The notes beneath the pieces are model-generated. The model saw nothing but the letters and a program-made list of their open reading frames with translations. It searched no databases and was not told the origin of the DNA. The position numbers and the translations under genes are program-made. 64,000 nucleotides of DNA from Camelus ferus (lineage: Eukaryota), in the NCBI RefSeq assembly GCF_009834535.1, contig NC_045698.1, forward strand, positions 14,138,001 through 14,202,000. Reading direction: 5' to 3'. Below are positions 11,385 to 22,768 of the stretch, piece after piece (within the stretch, counting starts at the first letter, position 1; each line of letters starts with the position of its first letter).

Positions 11385-13755
11385 CTTTGAAACAACAGAA
11401 ACGCAGCCTTGGGGAGTGGTGAAATGCTCAAACATTGACCATAAGTATGTTCCTGTGCCTGAGCTAGTATGAAGCTCTCACAATGTGATCTATTAGGGAC
11501 TCCAGGCTAAGTGCAAACTTCTTGTTTGTTTTTGTGTTTATTCTGTTCTCATTAGACGTGATACAAATTTACCACACATACTGCACATCGATTACCTACT
11601 ACATACGACTCTCTGAACTTCAACAAAATTCTCCCTAGGGCTGAACATTTTTCACAAATCATCACAGCAACCAAATAGCTACTTAAATTATTTAGAAAGT
11701 AAAACAGAAGAAAAAAACAACAGGAGAGTGGATGGCTGAAAAAATGTATGCAACTGAAAGTTATTCCACGCTTGGGGATCAGATTGGCACAAGTGAACAT
11801 GAGTAAGAATATTAATGGACTAAATCATGGTCTCCATGGATTTTAATAGGACTGCAGGTACTGCTCTAGGATGTGGTCCTCACCTCTAGGCAAGACAGAT
11901 TCACCTTGGGAATGACACTGCACAGAATTCCAGCAGCTTTGCAAAGAAAGGTATAAGGAAGAAAAGGATGGTGGCAAAAAGAACAGAGAGGAAAATACTT
12001 TGAAAATAAAAAATGCTGGGGACATGGACTTGGATTTTATAAAGCAGAGCTTGAAAAACATTTCTGGAAGACAAAAGACAGGATTTGAGAGAGAAAATGT
12101 TGAGTGAAATTATGAGCTTATTGAAATCACATAAAACCATGTAGCAAGTTGTGCTGTATTTTAATATATGCATGTTTCAGTTTATAATTTTGGAAAAATT
12201 ATATTGATTCAAGATTATAGCTGCTCCATCTAGTAAAAAAAATTAGATGAATCACTTTCTCATTCCATAAAATTCATCCCTGTAAATCAGCACAAACCAA
12301 ATTGTAGATCTAAATGAATTACAAGATGTTGAAATGCCAATATAAATTATTTTAAAAACTGAATATAATCAGTCACACTATAAATTTTTTATTCAACAGA
12401 GAAACATGTTCATACTAAGCAGGGGATAAAAAAAATCACAAGACCCAGAATAAGGAGCTTTTCTCTATCAGTATCGCTCCTCATAAATTAGGATTAATAA
12501 TAATTCTTTCTTCACCAGTTGTGCAAAAATTATATCAGATTTGAATTGGGTTTTCATTTTAATGACCTGGCAAACAGAAATAGAAATTTATAATATTTTT
12601 TGAAAGCAAAGATCCACTTTTGATTGATTTAAACTAACAATGAATCAAAAACTCTTCTAACACAAAAAAAGAACAATACCATTCTAGATATAACATGGTA
12701 ATAGCAATCGAAAGAAAGAAAATAGAGATTTCTTTCTTTTTTTGGCCATTTATTTACAATATGCACTTAGGTGAAACATCTATTTTTGAGTCTCAGTTTT
12801 CTCATTTACTAAAATGTGTGACTGAATAATTGCTTTTAACATTCTTTTCAGTATAATAAATTATTCGGATTTTTTAAAAAAGTTTCTTTTCTCTTTTAAT
12901 CAAAAGATTCCTAACTTTCAAGTCACTGATTTCAATTAAAAAAAAGTCTTTAAATAGACTTTCTTCTTAGAAGTCAAATTGATGGATATATAGAAGGTGT
13001 TGTTATCTTAATACCTTCACACCATTTGGTGTGATTTTTAAATGAAATTAACATCTTTGCCCTTCATGTCAAGTTGTTTAACAAAGCATAATTCATGAGC
13101 AGAAGGTGAAGAAAGTGGCCTTTGTAATGCATTACAGGTACGTAGACTGCTTTCTTTACAATAGTGATCTTGCGCAGTGTCCCCAAAATACATAAATGCA
13201 TTTTAATCTACCAATGCATTGTATGTTTATGAACCTCTATTATGACAATTATGAAAATTGGTAAGTAGGCTCCATGGAATGAAGGACTGAACGTAAACAT
13301 CACTACTGTACACTTGAAAGTAATTTCATTTACTATAGAATGAGAGGACAGAAATCCAAGTGTGAAAACTGCTCTATTTAAAGAAATCCATCCCTGTACA
13401 GATTAGAAAGAATTGACATGAAAATGATAATAAAATAAGCCACTGGTTGAGAATAACACAATAGAAATATATTGTAGACATTTGCTATTTTTTGACTAAG
13501 TAGCATTCAAACACCCTTCCTGCCTTCCTAAAACACTCCCATATATTAATTCTGATAAACAGAGCCCTGAATTTTACCTCAAAACAGTGATACTTCCTTC
13601 TAACCTTCTAACTTTAGAACTTGCACCAGTGACATGTGCATGTTAATTGTAGGCTCCCGCACCCTGGAGCAGATGATGGATAGATGTATTAAGATTCAAT
13701 AATATCGTCAGATTTACTCCAAATGTATTGCTTGTAACTTGGGCCTTTGACTGGA

Positions 13756-13906
13756 TTTTCCTTCCTTTCCTTTCCTTTCCTCGTTCCTTTTCTTTTCTCT
13801 TTTCTTTTCTTTTCTCTTCTCTTTTCTTCTTCCTTCCTTCTCTCCCTCCCTCCTTTCTTCCTTTCTTTCTTTCTCTTCCTTCCTTCCTTCCTTCCTTCCT
13901 TCCTTC

Positions 13907-13975
<69 letters not shown>

Positions 13976-14067
13976 TTTCCTTCTTTCCTCTTTCCTTCTT
14001 TCCTTCTTTCCTTCTTTCTTTCCTTCTTTCTTTCCCTTTCCTCACTCCCTCCCTTCCCTCCTTCTTC
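13756..14067. repeat. Compound polypyrimidine microsatellite (CTTT)n/(CTTC)n
   Basis: 13784-14043 contains no purine. It abuts the 3' end of a minus-strand L1, so it is likely an expanded poly(A) tail. Confidence 0.95.
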
Positions 14068-14312
14068 ACCTTTATTGTGGTATGATTCCTGTAGAGTAAA
14101 TTACACATATTTCAGATGTACAATTTGATGAATTTTGATAAATGCACATACCAGTGAAACCACCACAATTAAGATAGCTAACATTTCCATCACTCCCCAA
14201 GAGGTGCAAATTTTGAATTCCCAATTTATCCCTCCCCACCCCTTTTACCCCCTGGTAACTGTAAGTTTGTACTCTTTGTCTGTGAGTCTTTTTCTGTTTT
14301 GTAGACAAGTTC
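14068..14312 (-). mobile_element. L1 3' ends: old L1MB/MC-like tip (14068 to about 14205) joined to a younger L1 3'UTR piece (about 14205-14312)
   Basis: tttattgtggtatgatt...catttccatcactcccca, then cccaatttatccctcccc...tctgtgagtctttttctgttttgtag, which matches the L1s at 21150-21265 and 32800-32900. Confidence 0.8.
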
Positions 14313-14997
14313 TTACCAATTCATTCTTAATTTGTAAACCTGGGAATCTAATGAAGTCTAGGGAATGCCTTCTGTTTGCTTTTTTAAGAAAGAAGAGTCC
14401 TTTGCTCTTTTTTCTTATTTTGAAAATGTCTTTGTAAAACATACTCTGTCAATTTTATTTCATGAATTTATCTTCCCATGTGTGGGGTTATGTAAGATAT
14501 TACTTCACGTGTTTGAAAAGCCTGGAATTGTAATTGCTACCAACTTCTAAACTTTAGCATTATATATTATCAGTAAGAATTTATCTGACTTTGCATAGAG
14601 CAAGCTTAGCTTAAATAGAAAGTGTCAAAAGGAGATAAACTATAACGGGTAGTTCATATTTTTGGAATTACTTTCATTTTAGATATGTAAGGACATCTTG
14701 TGTGGAAAAATACATGTTAAGCATAGTGTCCACACAGAAGCGGGTCTTCCCAACTGCCAGAACTGTAAACCCATTGGATGAGAAGTTTATCTTTCATTAG
14801 AGGGTGACCCAACCTGAAAATGATGTAACTTCATTTTTCTATGATCAATCATGAAAATCTATCATGCTGTCAGGTAGATTTAAATATAAGAAAATGTATC
14901 TTATGTTTGAATTCTGGAATACTTATATAAAGTTAAAGTCATAAATACAGAAGAAAAGCCATTTTTCAGTTCAATAAAAATATTTACTACTATCTTT

Positions 14998-15075
14998 CTG
15001 TGTGTATGTGTGTATGTATGTTTATGTGCAGATATGTATGTATGCATCCATGTATTTTCTTACCTACATACCTAC
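14998..15075. repeat. Imperfect (TGTA)n microsatellite
   Basis: Seen directly. Confidence 0.75.
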
Positions 15076-15928
15076 CCTCAGGATGTTGTGTTCTAAAACC
15101 TAAAATTAATCTTTTGGGTTGGTGTTAGCAGGTATAACACCTATTGCTGGTAAGATGCATTCTCAGGTATATATCTAACCCTGGAACTAGGGTGTCCATC
15201 ATTTTCAAATTCAGTGATAAATAAAATCAGTATCACTCTCTCGTTCTAAATCTAATTCTTACTCAGCTTCCTATGATATTGGCTTCAGAATTTTTATTTT
15301 ACCTTCCTGTCCTCTAATTTCAATTTTACTATTTTCTCTATTGGTATTTTATTCTCTCTTAATTGAAAGTGAAATTTATCTGATTAATAATTAATTTTAC
15401 TCTTCTCCATCAGTGTCAGTTAGGTTAAATAGCTCTTGCTTACCATCAAAATGCAAATACTCATAAACTGCTTCACCTAAATTAGTTACAAGTTTTATTT
15501 TCAGGTTGACTCCCAAATCAATATTTTCTATTTCAATCTGACCAATTCAGGATATTTTCATAGTCCAAAGATTTGAACAAAATCAATTGCATTTACTTTA
15601 AACATACATATTTATTATACATTTAAATATAATATATAAAATATGATATATTTTAAATTATATTAAAATGTGACTCTTTAAAATATAATAAAAATCTAAA
15701 TAACAAATAAATAAAAATGTATTAACTTTTACATAGTGTTTTTCTGTTGGAAATATTAAATTTCACAGAGACAGTGATAAAAACACTACACATGTACTTG
15801 CAGGCATCACTTCCTGGCATGGCTCATTCAACTCTGTTTGCCTTAAGAGCCTTACTTTCCAAACTCCATTTAAGAAAACCTATCCTCTGAGGCCTGGGCT
15901 AAAGGGTGTTTCTTTACAGAGATTTCTC

Positions 15929-16410
15929 TGTTCAGGGAGACAATTCTCTTTGTGTCTTTTGTGTTTCTGCACATCTTCTGAGCGAGAGGTACTGACAGCT
16001 TTTTTCATGCTACCTTTTCAAGCATGTTTGTATGGCAAACAGCTTTAGAAGAAAGAGGTAGAATCTCCTTTTGAGGAAGAGGGTAGATTTGCTTTCTGAC
16101 TGGATTATAAAGATAATGTCTTTTTTCCAGGGAAAAGGTTAGAGAGGTGTGCTAGCAGACACCAGACTCCAACATTCAGGGTTCCTAAGCTGGGACCCAA
16201 AAATACTGTGTGCGGCATACACCTGGGCTGCTTTATGTTCCCCATGGGAGGTGAGGAGCAAAGGAAACTGAGGCTGCCTGCGGTGCAATGAATAATAAAA
16301 TCTTTTGTCCCTGATCCAGAGTTTTGTGTCTTCTGCCAGCATCTATAAAACTGCAGCAACCTGACTTATTAGCTTGAAATGTAAGGTCAAATCTCAAACT
16401 CTTCACTTGA
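15929..16410 (+). mobile_element. ERVL-class solo LTR (MER76/MER74-like; subfamily uncertain)
   Basis: Starts tgttcagggagacaattctc, has AATAAA near 16294 followed by a U5-like tract, ends aatctcaaactcttcac. Confidence 0.7.
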
Positions 16411-16544
16411 AAGTCTGGGTGTCACAGTCAATGTAATTGCTTGCTCCTCAGAAGTACTATAACATCTAATTCTTTCTTACCTTTGCAGACCAACATTCTA
16501 ATTTTTTAATATAGGTGCTATTTATTTTTGCCTTTTGTGTCAGA

Positions 16545-16655
16545 TTTTTTTTTAGAGTTCTCACACCATGTCTTATTTTCCATCTCCTGTAGTGGCTGGT
16601 TAAGTGCCTTCATATTGTAGCCCGTAAGTAATTATTTGTTGATGAATAAATGAGA
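16545..16655 (+). mobile_element. L2 3' end
   Basis: gtgccttcatattgtag...tatttgttgatgaataaatga. Confidence 0.55.
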
Positions 16656-17659
16656 AACTGACAAATTCATTCAGGGCTTGCACAGCAACAGTGGTGTTAA
16701 AATACCAAGTTTCAACTTGGAACACTTAACTGTGAGAATGTGTTACTAAAACAAAACAAAACAAAACAAAACAAAAAACTTTTTAAAAGCATGCTTTGAT
16801 GTTGTTAACATTATACTTTGTTTTTTTACTCAAAAGCCTGTCACAACCAAAGACGTATAAGTAATGGATAACAAAGTTACATTTCATCAATAAAATTCTG
16901 CTTTCTTACTGAATTTGTTTTAACACAGTGGAAATTAAGGAAGCCATTGAAATATTAAGCCAAATTTGCATAAGTAAACTTTGCAAAGGCATATACTGTA
17001 TGTCATTATGAGTAATACTTTATTCACTATATATATATATAGATCAAAATGTGTGTATGAACATTCCTACTATGTTGGCTAAAATTATATCTTTATGGAA
17101 AGAAAACAGAGACCATTCTTATTATCAGTATTCCACCATCTAAGATGTATTCCATTATTTTTAAATTAATGCAAACATGCTTACATGGAGTTGAGCTTTG
17201 TTTTAATAGTTCATATATTCTTGAAATTACACATATAAGTAGGAAGGGCCATGTCCTGAAAGTACATGCATACATAAGATAATATTCACAATATGTTTTA
17301 TTTGGCTACAACAGCTAATACCAGAGAATTACTCCCAGTTTTCATGTTGCTGATTCTAATCTTCACAATGTCTAGTGGCCATTATTCAAAAATTTAGAAA
17401 ATGAAAATAGAAGAAGAAAATGATGGTATCAGGTGCAATGTTTCCCCACCTGTATCTGTCAGAGTGATGTAGATTTTGAATTTCTTCACGTCTTCCAGAA
17501 GTATTTGCACTTTTCACACTATTTTTGTGTTTTATGTTTCTGTTTTGTGTGTGTGTGTGTGTGTGTATTTCACATGATAGAATTTTATAAAATTAATTTT
17601 AAAATAATTATTTGGTTTGATTTAAAATATTTTTGAAAATACTAAAAGAGTCCTTCTTA

Positions 17660-18114
17660 GTGGCCTCACGGTCTTATATTAAACATAAGTCTCTGTACCC
17701 TACTTTCCCAGAATAAAGAGTACACTTCCTGGCCTCACTTGTGGCTGAGTATGGCCCCATTCCTAAATTCTAGCTAATAGAATATAAGCAGAAGTACTGT
17801 TAACTTTCCAGGAAATTCCCCTGGAAGACTGTTGGCATGTGTCTGATCTATTATTCCCCTCCCCTCATCTAGCCACTAGAATCCTGAATGTGATGGCTGG
17901 AGCTCCCTTTTGGACCATGAGAATCAGAGTCATAGCCTGGAGACAGAGGAACCAAGCATCTTTATCCCAGAGAATACTGTAGAGCAGAGCTGCGTATGAG
18001 CCCTGGACTGCCTTTCCCTGAGCTCAGTTAAGAGAGAAAATATTTCAGTTCTTGTAAAGCCACAGCTGTTTCATGTATCTGGTACTGTGAGCTGACCGTA
18101 ACCCTAATTTAACA
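17660..18114 (+). mobile_element. Old MaLR solo LTR (MLT1J/K/L-like)
   Basis: aaattctagctaatagaatataagcagaagt, tgtgatggctggagctc...ggaccatgag, ccctggactgcc, taaagccac. Confidence 0.75.
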
Positions 18115-18385
18115 ACCATTGAGCTGAAACAGCTCCATGGCTTTTGATTTGAAAGAGGGTTCCAGGAAATAAAGCGCAGAGGAAGGGAACAAAGGAAAGG
18201 AAGATCAGAATAAAACACGAAGAGATGATGGATGAGTGTCTATTCTGAATTCCAGACAATTCATTTTTGGTGACAATCTTCTCTGCAGCTTTTGTCATAA
18301 ATATGAAAATGTACAGGCCTTTCTTTTCTCTCACTTTTTCCTCTGAAGTCAAAAGCCATATCTTATACCATACCTGTGTCTCCCC

Positions 18386-18387
<2 letters not shown>

Positions 18388-18433
<46 letters not shown>
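18388..18433. repeat. Perfect (AC)23 microsatellite
   Basis: Seen directly. Confidence 0.97.
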
Positions 18434-18435
<2 letters not shown>

Positions 18436-18873
18436 CACTACACAGTGAAGACAGAAGGGGTGATGCTTGTCCAAAGGTCTCCCTCAGTGCCCCTCCCTTT
18501 GAAATCTACCCTCTAACTGTCTTTTGTCTCTTCCCCCACTGCTTGAAATTCCTTCATGTCTTTGCTTCATCTGCAGAATAGAATAAAAAACTCTCACATG
18601 AAGTTTATGGCTTTTCAACATTTGGCGCCTTTCCACTTCCCCTCTCATTCTTAGTGTCCGCCCTGGAAACCCCGTGACCCACTCGTACTGCATCACCCTC
18701 GCGGTCTCCCAACTATGCTGTGCTCTTGCTAGTCCTTATGTGTCTGTATAAGCTGTTTCTCCTGAGTGAAAAGCCCATTATTCTGCTTTAATAACCAGTG
18801 AATCACCAGTTCCCCAAGTGAGTTTTCACAGACCATTACTCTGTTCCCAAGGTCCCCGTTTTCCCTACTGTCA

Positions 18874-19469
18874 TGAAGGAGTTCAGAACACGCTGCCCCA
18901 AAATACACCACTCTGGCATATAGATTAAGTTAAAGGCACTTGAAAAAACATCAAATTCTAGAAGGGCACTCTGACCTTCCTAAAAGTGGGAGATAAAACT
19001 TCCATGCAAGAGATGGCCTCCTTACTCTAGAAAGAAACATTCTTATCACCAAAGATGGGAAGTCAAGACAGAGAAATCTGCACAAAGAAACCTTACTTAA
19101 TTAACTCCTATTTTTCTAGTTACTTCTCTACCTGATTAAGTCACCCAAGCCCCTTTGCCTTGTCATTTTTTCACAACTTACTACTCTTTGTCCAACTCAG
19201 TGTAGAAGTGTCTGGATCTTCTGTATGTACAATTGAATCACTTTGCTGTACACCTGAAACTAACACTGTAAATCAACTACACTTCAATAATTTTTTTTTA
19301 AAGTGCCTGGCTCAAACTGCTTCTTCCAGTCTTAATTTCCTTCAGAGGATCCCACGTCACATAAAACTTACATTAAATAAATGTGTACGCTTTTTTCTTG
19401 TTACTTGGTGTCAATATGGGAGCCCAGTCAAGAACCTAAAAGGTAAAAGATAGTTTTTCTTCCCCTATA
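18874..19469 (+). mobile_element. ERV1 solo LTR, MER34-family-like
   Basis: Starts tgaaggagttcagaacacgctgccccaaaata, ends tttttcttcccctata; 4-bp TSD-like flanks gtca/gtaa. Confidence 0.8.
19216..19300 (+). mobile_element. Extreme 3' tip of a younger L1 nested in the MER34-like LTR
   Basis: gaatcactttgctgtacacctgaaactaacactgtaaatcaactacacttcaataa; TSD aagtgtctgg (19206-19215) and aagtgcctgg (19301-19310). Confidence 0.85.
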
Positions 19470-19479
19470 GTAATATTTA

Positions 19480-19615
19480 TCACATGACATGCATTTCCTT
19501 GTCTGCCTTCTAAAGAAGACTATAACCTCCTGCCAGGTTATAACTTCAGTCTCTATGTCTTGAATGATTAGCATAATCTGGCGCACACGGTCAAGACTCA
19601 GTTGAATGAACAAAC
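19480..19615 (+). mobile_element. L2 3' end
   Basis: gactataacctcc...agcataatctggcgcacacgg...gttgaatgaa. Confidence 0.6.
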
Positions 19616-20872
19616 AAAACCAGACTGTGCTTGTATCAGTTTTGAGTGTCCCATTTTCTTATATGTAAAGTAGGTTTAATAACCTCATGAAAGCTCTATA
19701 AGGATTAATCAAAGTTATGGAGACAGTCAAGAGTATCTGACGACTCAGTTAAAATCAACCACCACTGCTGGGAAAATAAAGTATGTCTCTAAAAGTAAGA
19801 GTAGCATGCCCTTTCATGAAATCATATGTTATATGCATTACTTGTATGTATTATTGCAATTATTTCCTATGATCCAGATAACAACAAAGTATTTTAATTA
19901 TAATTTGGACTTTATATTTTTTGGAAAGACATTAAAGCTTGTTGGCTTAATTAAAATATAATATATAACATCTTGATTCTTATTTGTAAGAAAATAAAAT
20001 GTTAATTTTTTAGCATACCATATATATGCCAAAATTTCATGTAAAACATGGAGTCACACCAACTTTTAATTAAAACTGTTATAGAGAGTTTTCTTAGAAA
20101 ATATAAATCTATAGGAGCCATAACATTGTTTAACTATGAGAAATCACACTTCTGAATTTTAATTAATGAGAAAATGTGATAAAATGTCCCACACAGGAAA
20201 AAGCACGTGGTGCTTTTATACGTATACATAAACTTTTATGTTCAAGTGCTATGATAATTAATAGAACTTTATATTTCTATTCAGGTTCAAATTCACCTTC
20301 CACCATCACAATCATACTCTTACCAATATAGCCAATTCTTACATCACACTGTAAGCCTACTAGGTGACATTTTTAACCCCAATGTTCAAAATGTAATCTG
20401 CATGGTGATGACAGTCAAACAGATCCGCACACTGGTGTCACCAGAGATTCATAATCTCCAACCTTGAATGGTTCTCAGGGTTCCTTTATCCTATTGCATG
20501 CCATCAACCATGGTATCTGTACAACTTTTCTAATTGTAACCCATCTGTCAATTTTCATAATCTACGCTTAAACTGCTTAACAGATCAAGAGAACATTTTA
20601 TCATAAGCCATACCCCTATAAAACTCTATACCCCACATGCTTAATAATTATAGTAATTTGAACACACAATGCTCACTCACGTACTTTTGGGTACTCTAAT
20701 AACTTAGCCCTTAAAATTTTTATCCTCACCCTTCAAACACAAGCACAATTGACTCTAAGCCTCCCCAGATTGCAATCCCCACCACCCTACATGAGTCAGG
20801 CATTTACTCTTCTGCACACACATGACACATTGTAAACTGTATTTTTTTGTGTGTGTACTATAAAATTTTATC

Positions 20873-21478
20873 CAGCACTGTATACAATAGCCAAGACATG
20901 AAAGCAACCAAAATGTCCATCAATAGATGACTGGATAAAGAAGTTGTGGTATATTTACACAATGGAATACTACTCAGTGATAAAATTGAATAAGACAATG
21001 CCATTTGCAGCAACATGGATGGACCCAGACATCATCATTCTAAGTGAAGTGAGCCAGAAACAGAAAGAAAAATACCATATGATATCACTTATATGTGGAA
21101 TCTAAAAAAAAAAAAAAAAGGAAAAAGAAAAGTAAAAAGAGGACACCAATGAACTCATTTACAAAACAGAAACAAACTCAGAGACATAGTAAATAATCTT
21201 TTTGTTATCGGGGGAAAGGGGATGGGAAGGGATAAATGATAAATTAAGGAGTTTGAGATTTGCAAATGTTAACCACTACATATAAAAATAGACAAAAAAA
21301 CAAATTTCTTCTGCATAACATAGGGAACTATATTCAATATCTTGTAAAATCTTTAATGAAAAAGAATACAAAAATGAATATATGTATATATATGCATGAC
21401 TGGGACAATATGCTGTGCACTGGAAATTGACACATTGTAACTGATTATGCTTCAATAAAAAAACAAAAACAAAAACAG
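20873..21478 (+). mobile_element. 5'-truncated lineage-specific L1 (ORF2 end, 3'UTR, poly(A)) inserted in an L2 relic
   Basis: Well-preserved caatagccaagacatg...aatggaatactactcag...gcaacatggatggacc; AATAAA plus A tail; TSD aaattttatc (20863-20872) and aaactttatc (21479-21488). Confidence 0.92.
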
Positions 21479-22239
21479 AAACTTTATCACATTTTTTTGT
21501 TTTCTTAACCTAGAATGTGAACTTCATAAAAACAAGATGTATATCCTCTGTCATTTCTCAAATACTAGTAGTAGAGTGGGCATAAAGAAATATCCTTTAA
21601 ATAAATTTCTGAATCATCTAATAATAAACATAAACTTAATCTGTTACATAGGTAAAATTAATTGCCTAAATGATCTAAAATGCAATTGAGGCTTTCGATG
21701 AAAATTGAATTCTGAAATGGTTTGATGATACAGTCAATGGTGCCGATATGAACCAAACTACTGTGGATGCAACACTGCAGGCATATTTGCTGCCTCTTTG
21801 TTCTGTACACAATAAAAATTTTAAAATCAAATTCCAATATATGCAAGTATTGTACTGCAGTTTTGCAGGATAGCAAGATTTAAAAAATGGAAATGAAGGC
21901 AGTCCATAAAGTAACCAGAGACTGATGAGAGAAATAGAACATATGTAAATAACACAAATTCCACATTGCTATGAACGAATTGTATGCTACATTATAATGT
22001 ATAAGTGCATTCTCATATTCTTCATCATTTGATTTTCACAGGAACCCTGTGAGGTAACTGGAAAGTGATAATGTATTTTTAAAATGTGTGAATAACACGC
22101 AAAGAAGAGTTGAGGTGAAAAACAGCATCGTCTATATCTGAAAGAGTTAAAGAAGTTTTAGAAGAAGATACCATTTCTTGTGGGTTTCAAGCCTTTCACT
22201 TAAGAATATTGATTCCAACTATTAAACTCACTTAATCAG

Positions 22240-22765
22240 TCACTTAGTTAACATTCAGCAAAGATTTTTTGAGCATCTATTATGGGCCAGTCACTGCTCT
22301 AACACTGGAGACGAATGATTAACTAAAATGCAAATGTTTTATTGGTTAATTATTATATTATTCATAAAAAGTAAATAAATATACAAATAGGCTTTAGGTA
22401 AAAATATATACTATGGCAAAAAAACAAAATGAAAACACAACAGAGTGTTTTAAAGGCAAGTGAATTTAGGACAATTTGAAATGAGTGGTCAGAAAGAAGG
22501 CTTCTCTGTGGGCCTCATATTTGAGGAGAGGCCTGAACCAAAAAAACAAATGCAGAGATGAAAGGGAAAATCATTACAGACTGAGAAAACAGTAGACACC
22601 AAGGTCCTTAGTTCAAGATGAGCTTATAATGAATGAAAAAATGAAACCCAGCTGTGTTTCAAGATCATGGAGCTGAGCCTGGGAAGGGGTGAGTGAGCTA
22701 CAAGATCAGAGACTGACAGAAGTCAGAACACCAAGAGCTTTTGAGATATTGACATTTTTATTATT
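22240..22765 (-). mobile_element. L2 relic, 3' part; continues at 25203-25900
   Basis: cattcagcaaagattttttgagcatctattatgggccagtcactgctcta is a typical reverse L2 3' end. Confidence 0.75.
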
Positions 22766-22768
22766 ACT

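Noticed and set aside
13689..14108. Overlapping K/E/R-rich and F/L/S-rich ORFs
   Set aside because: Translations of a stop-free microsatellite.
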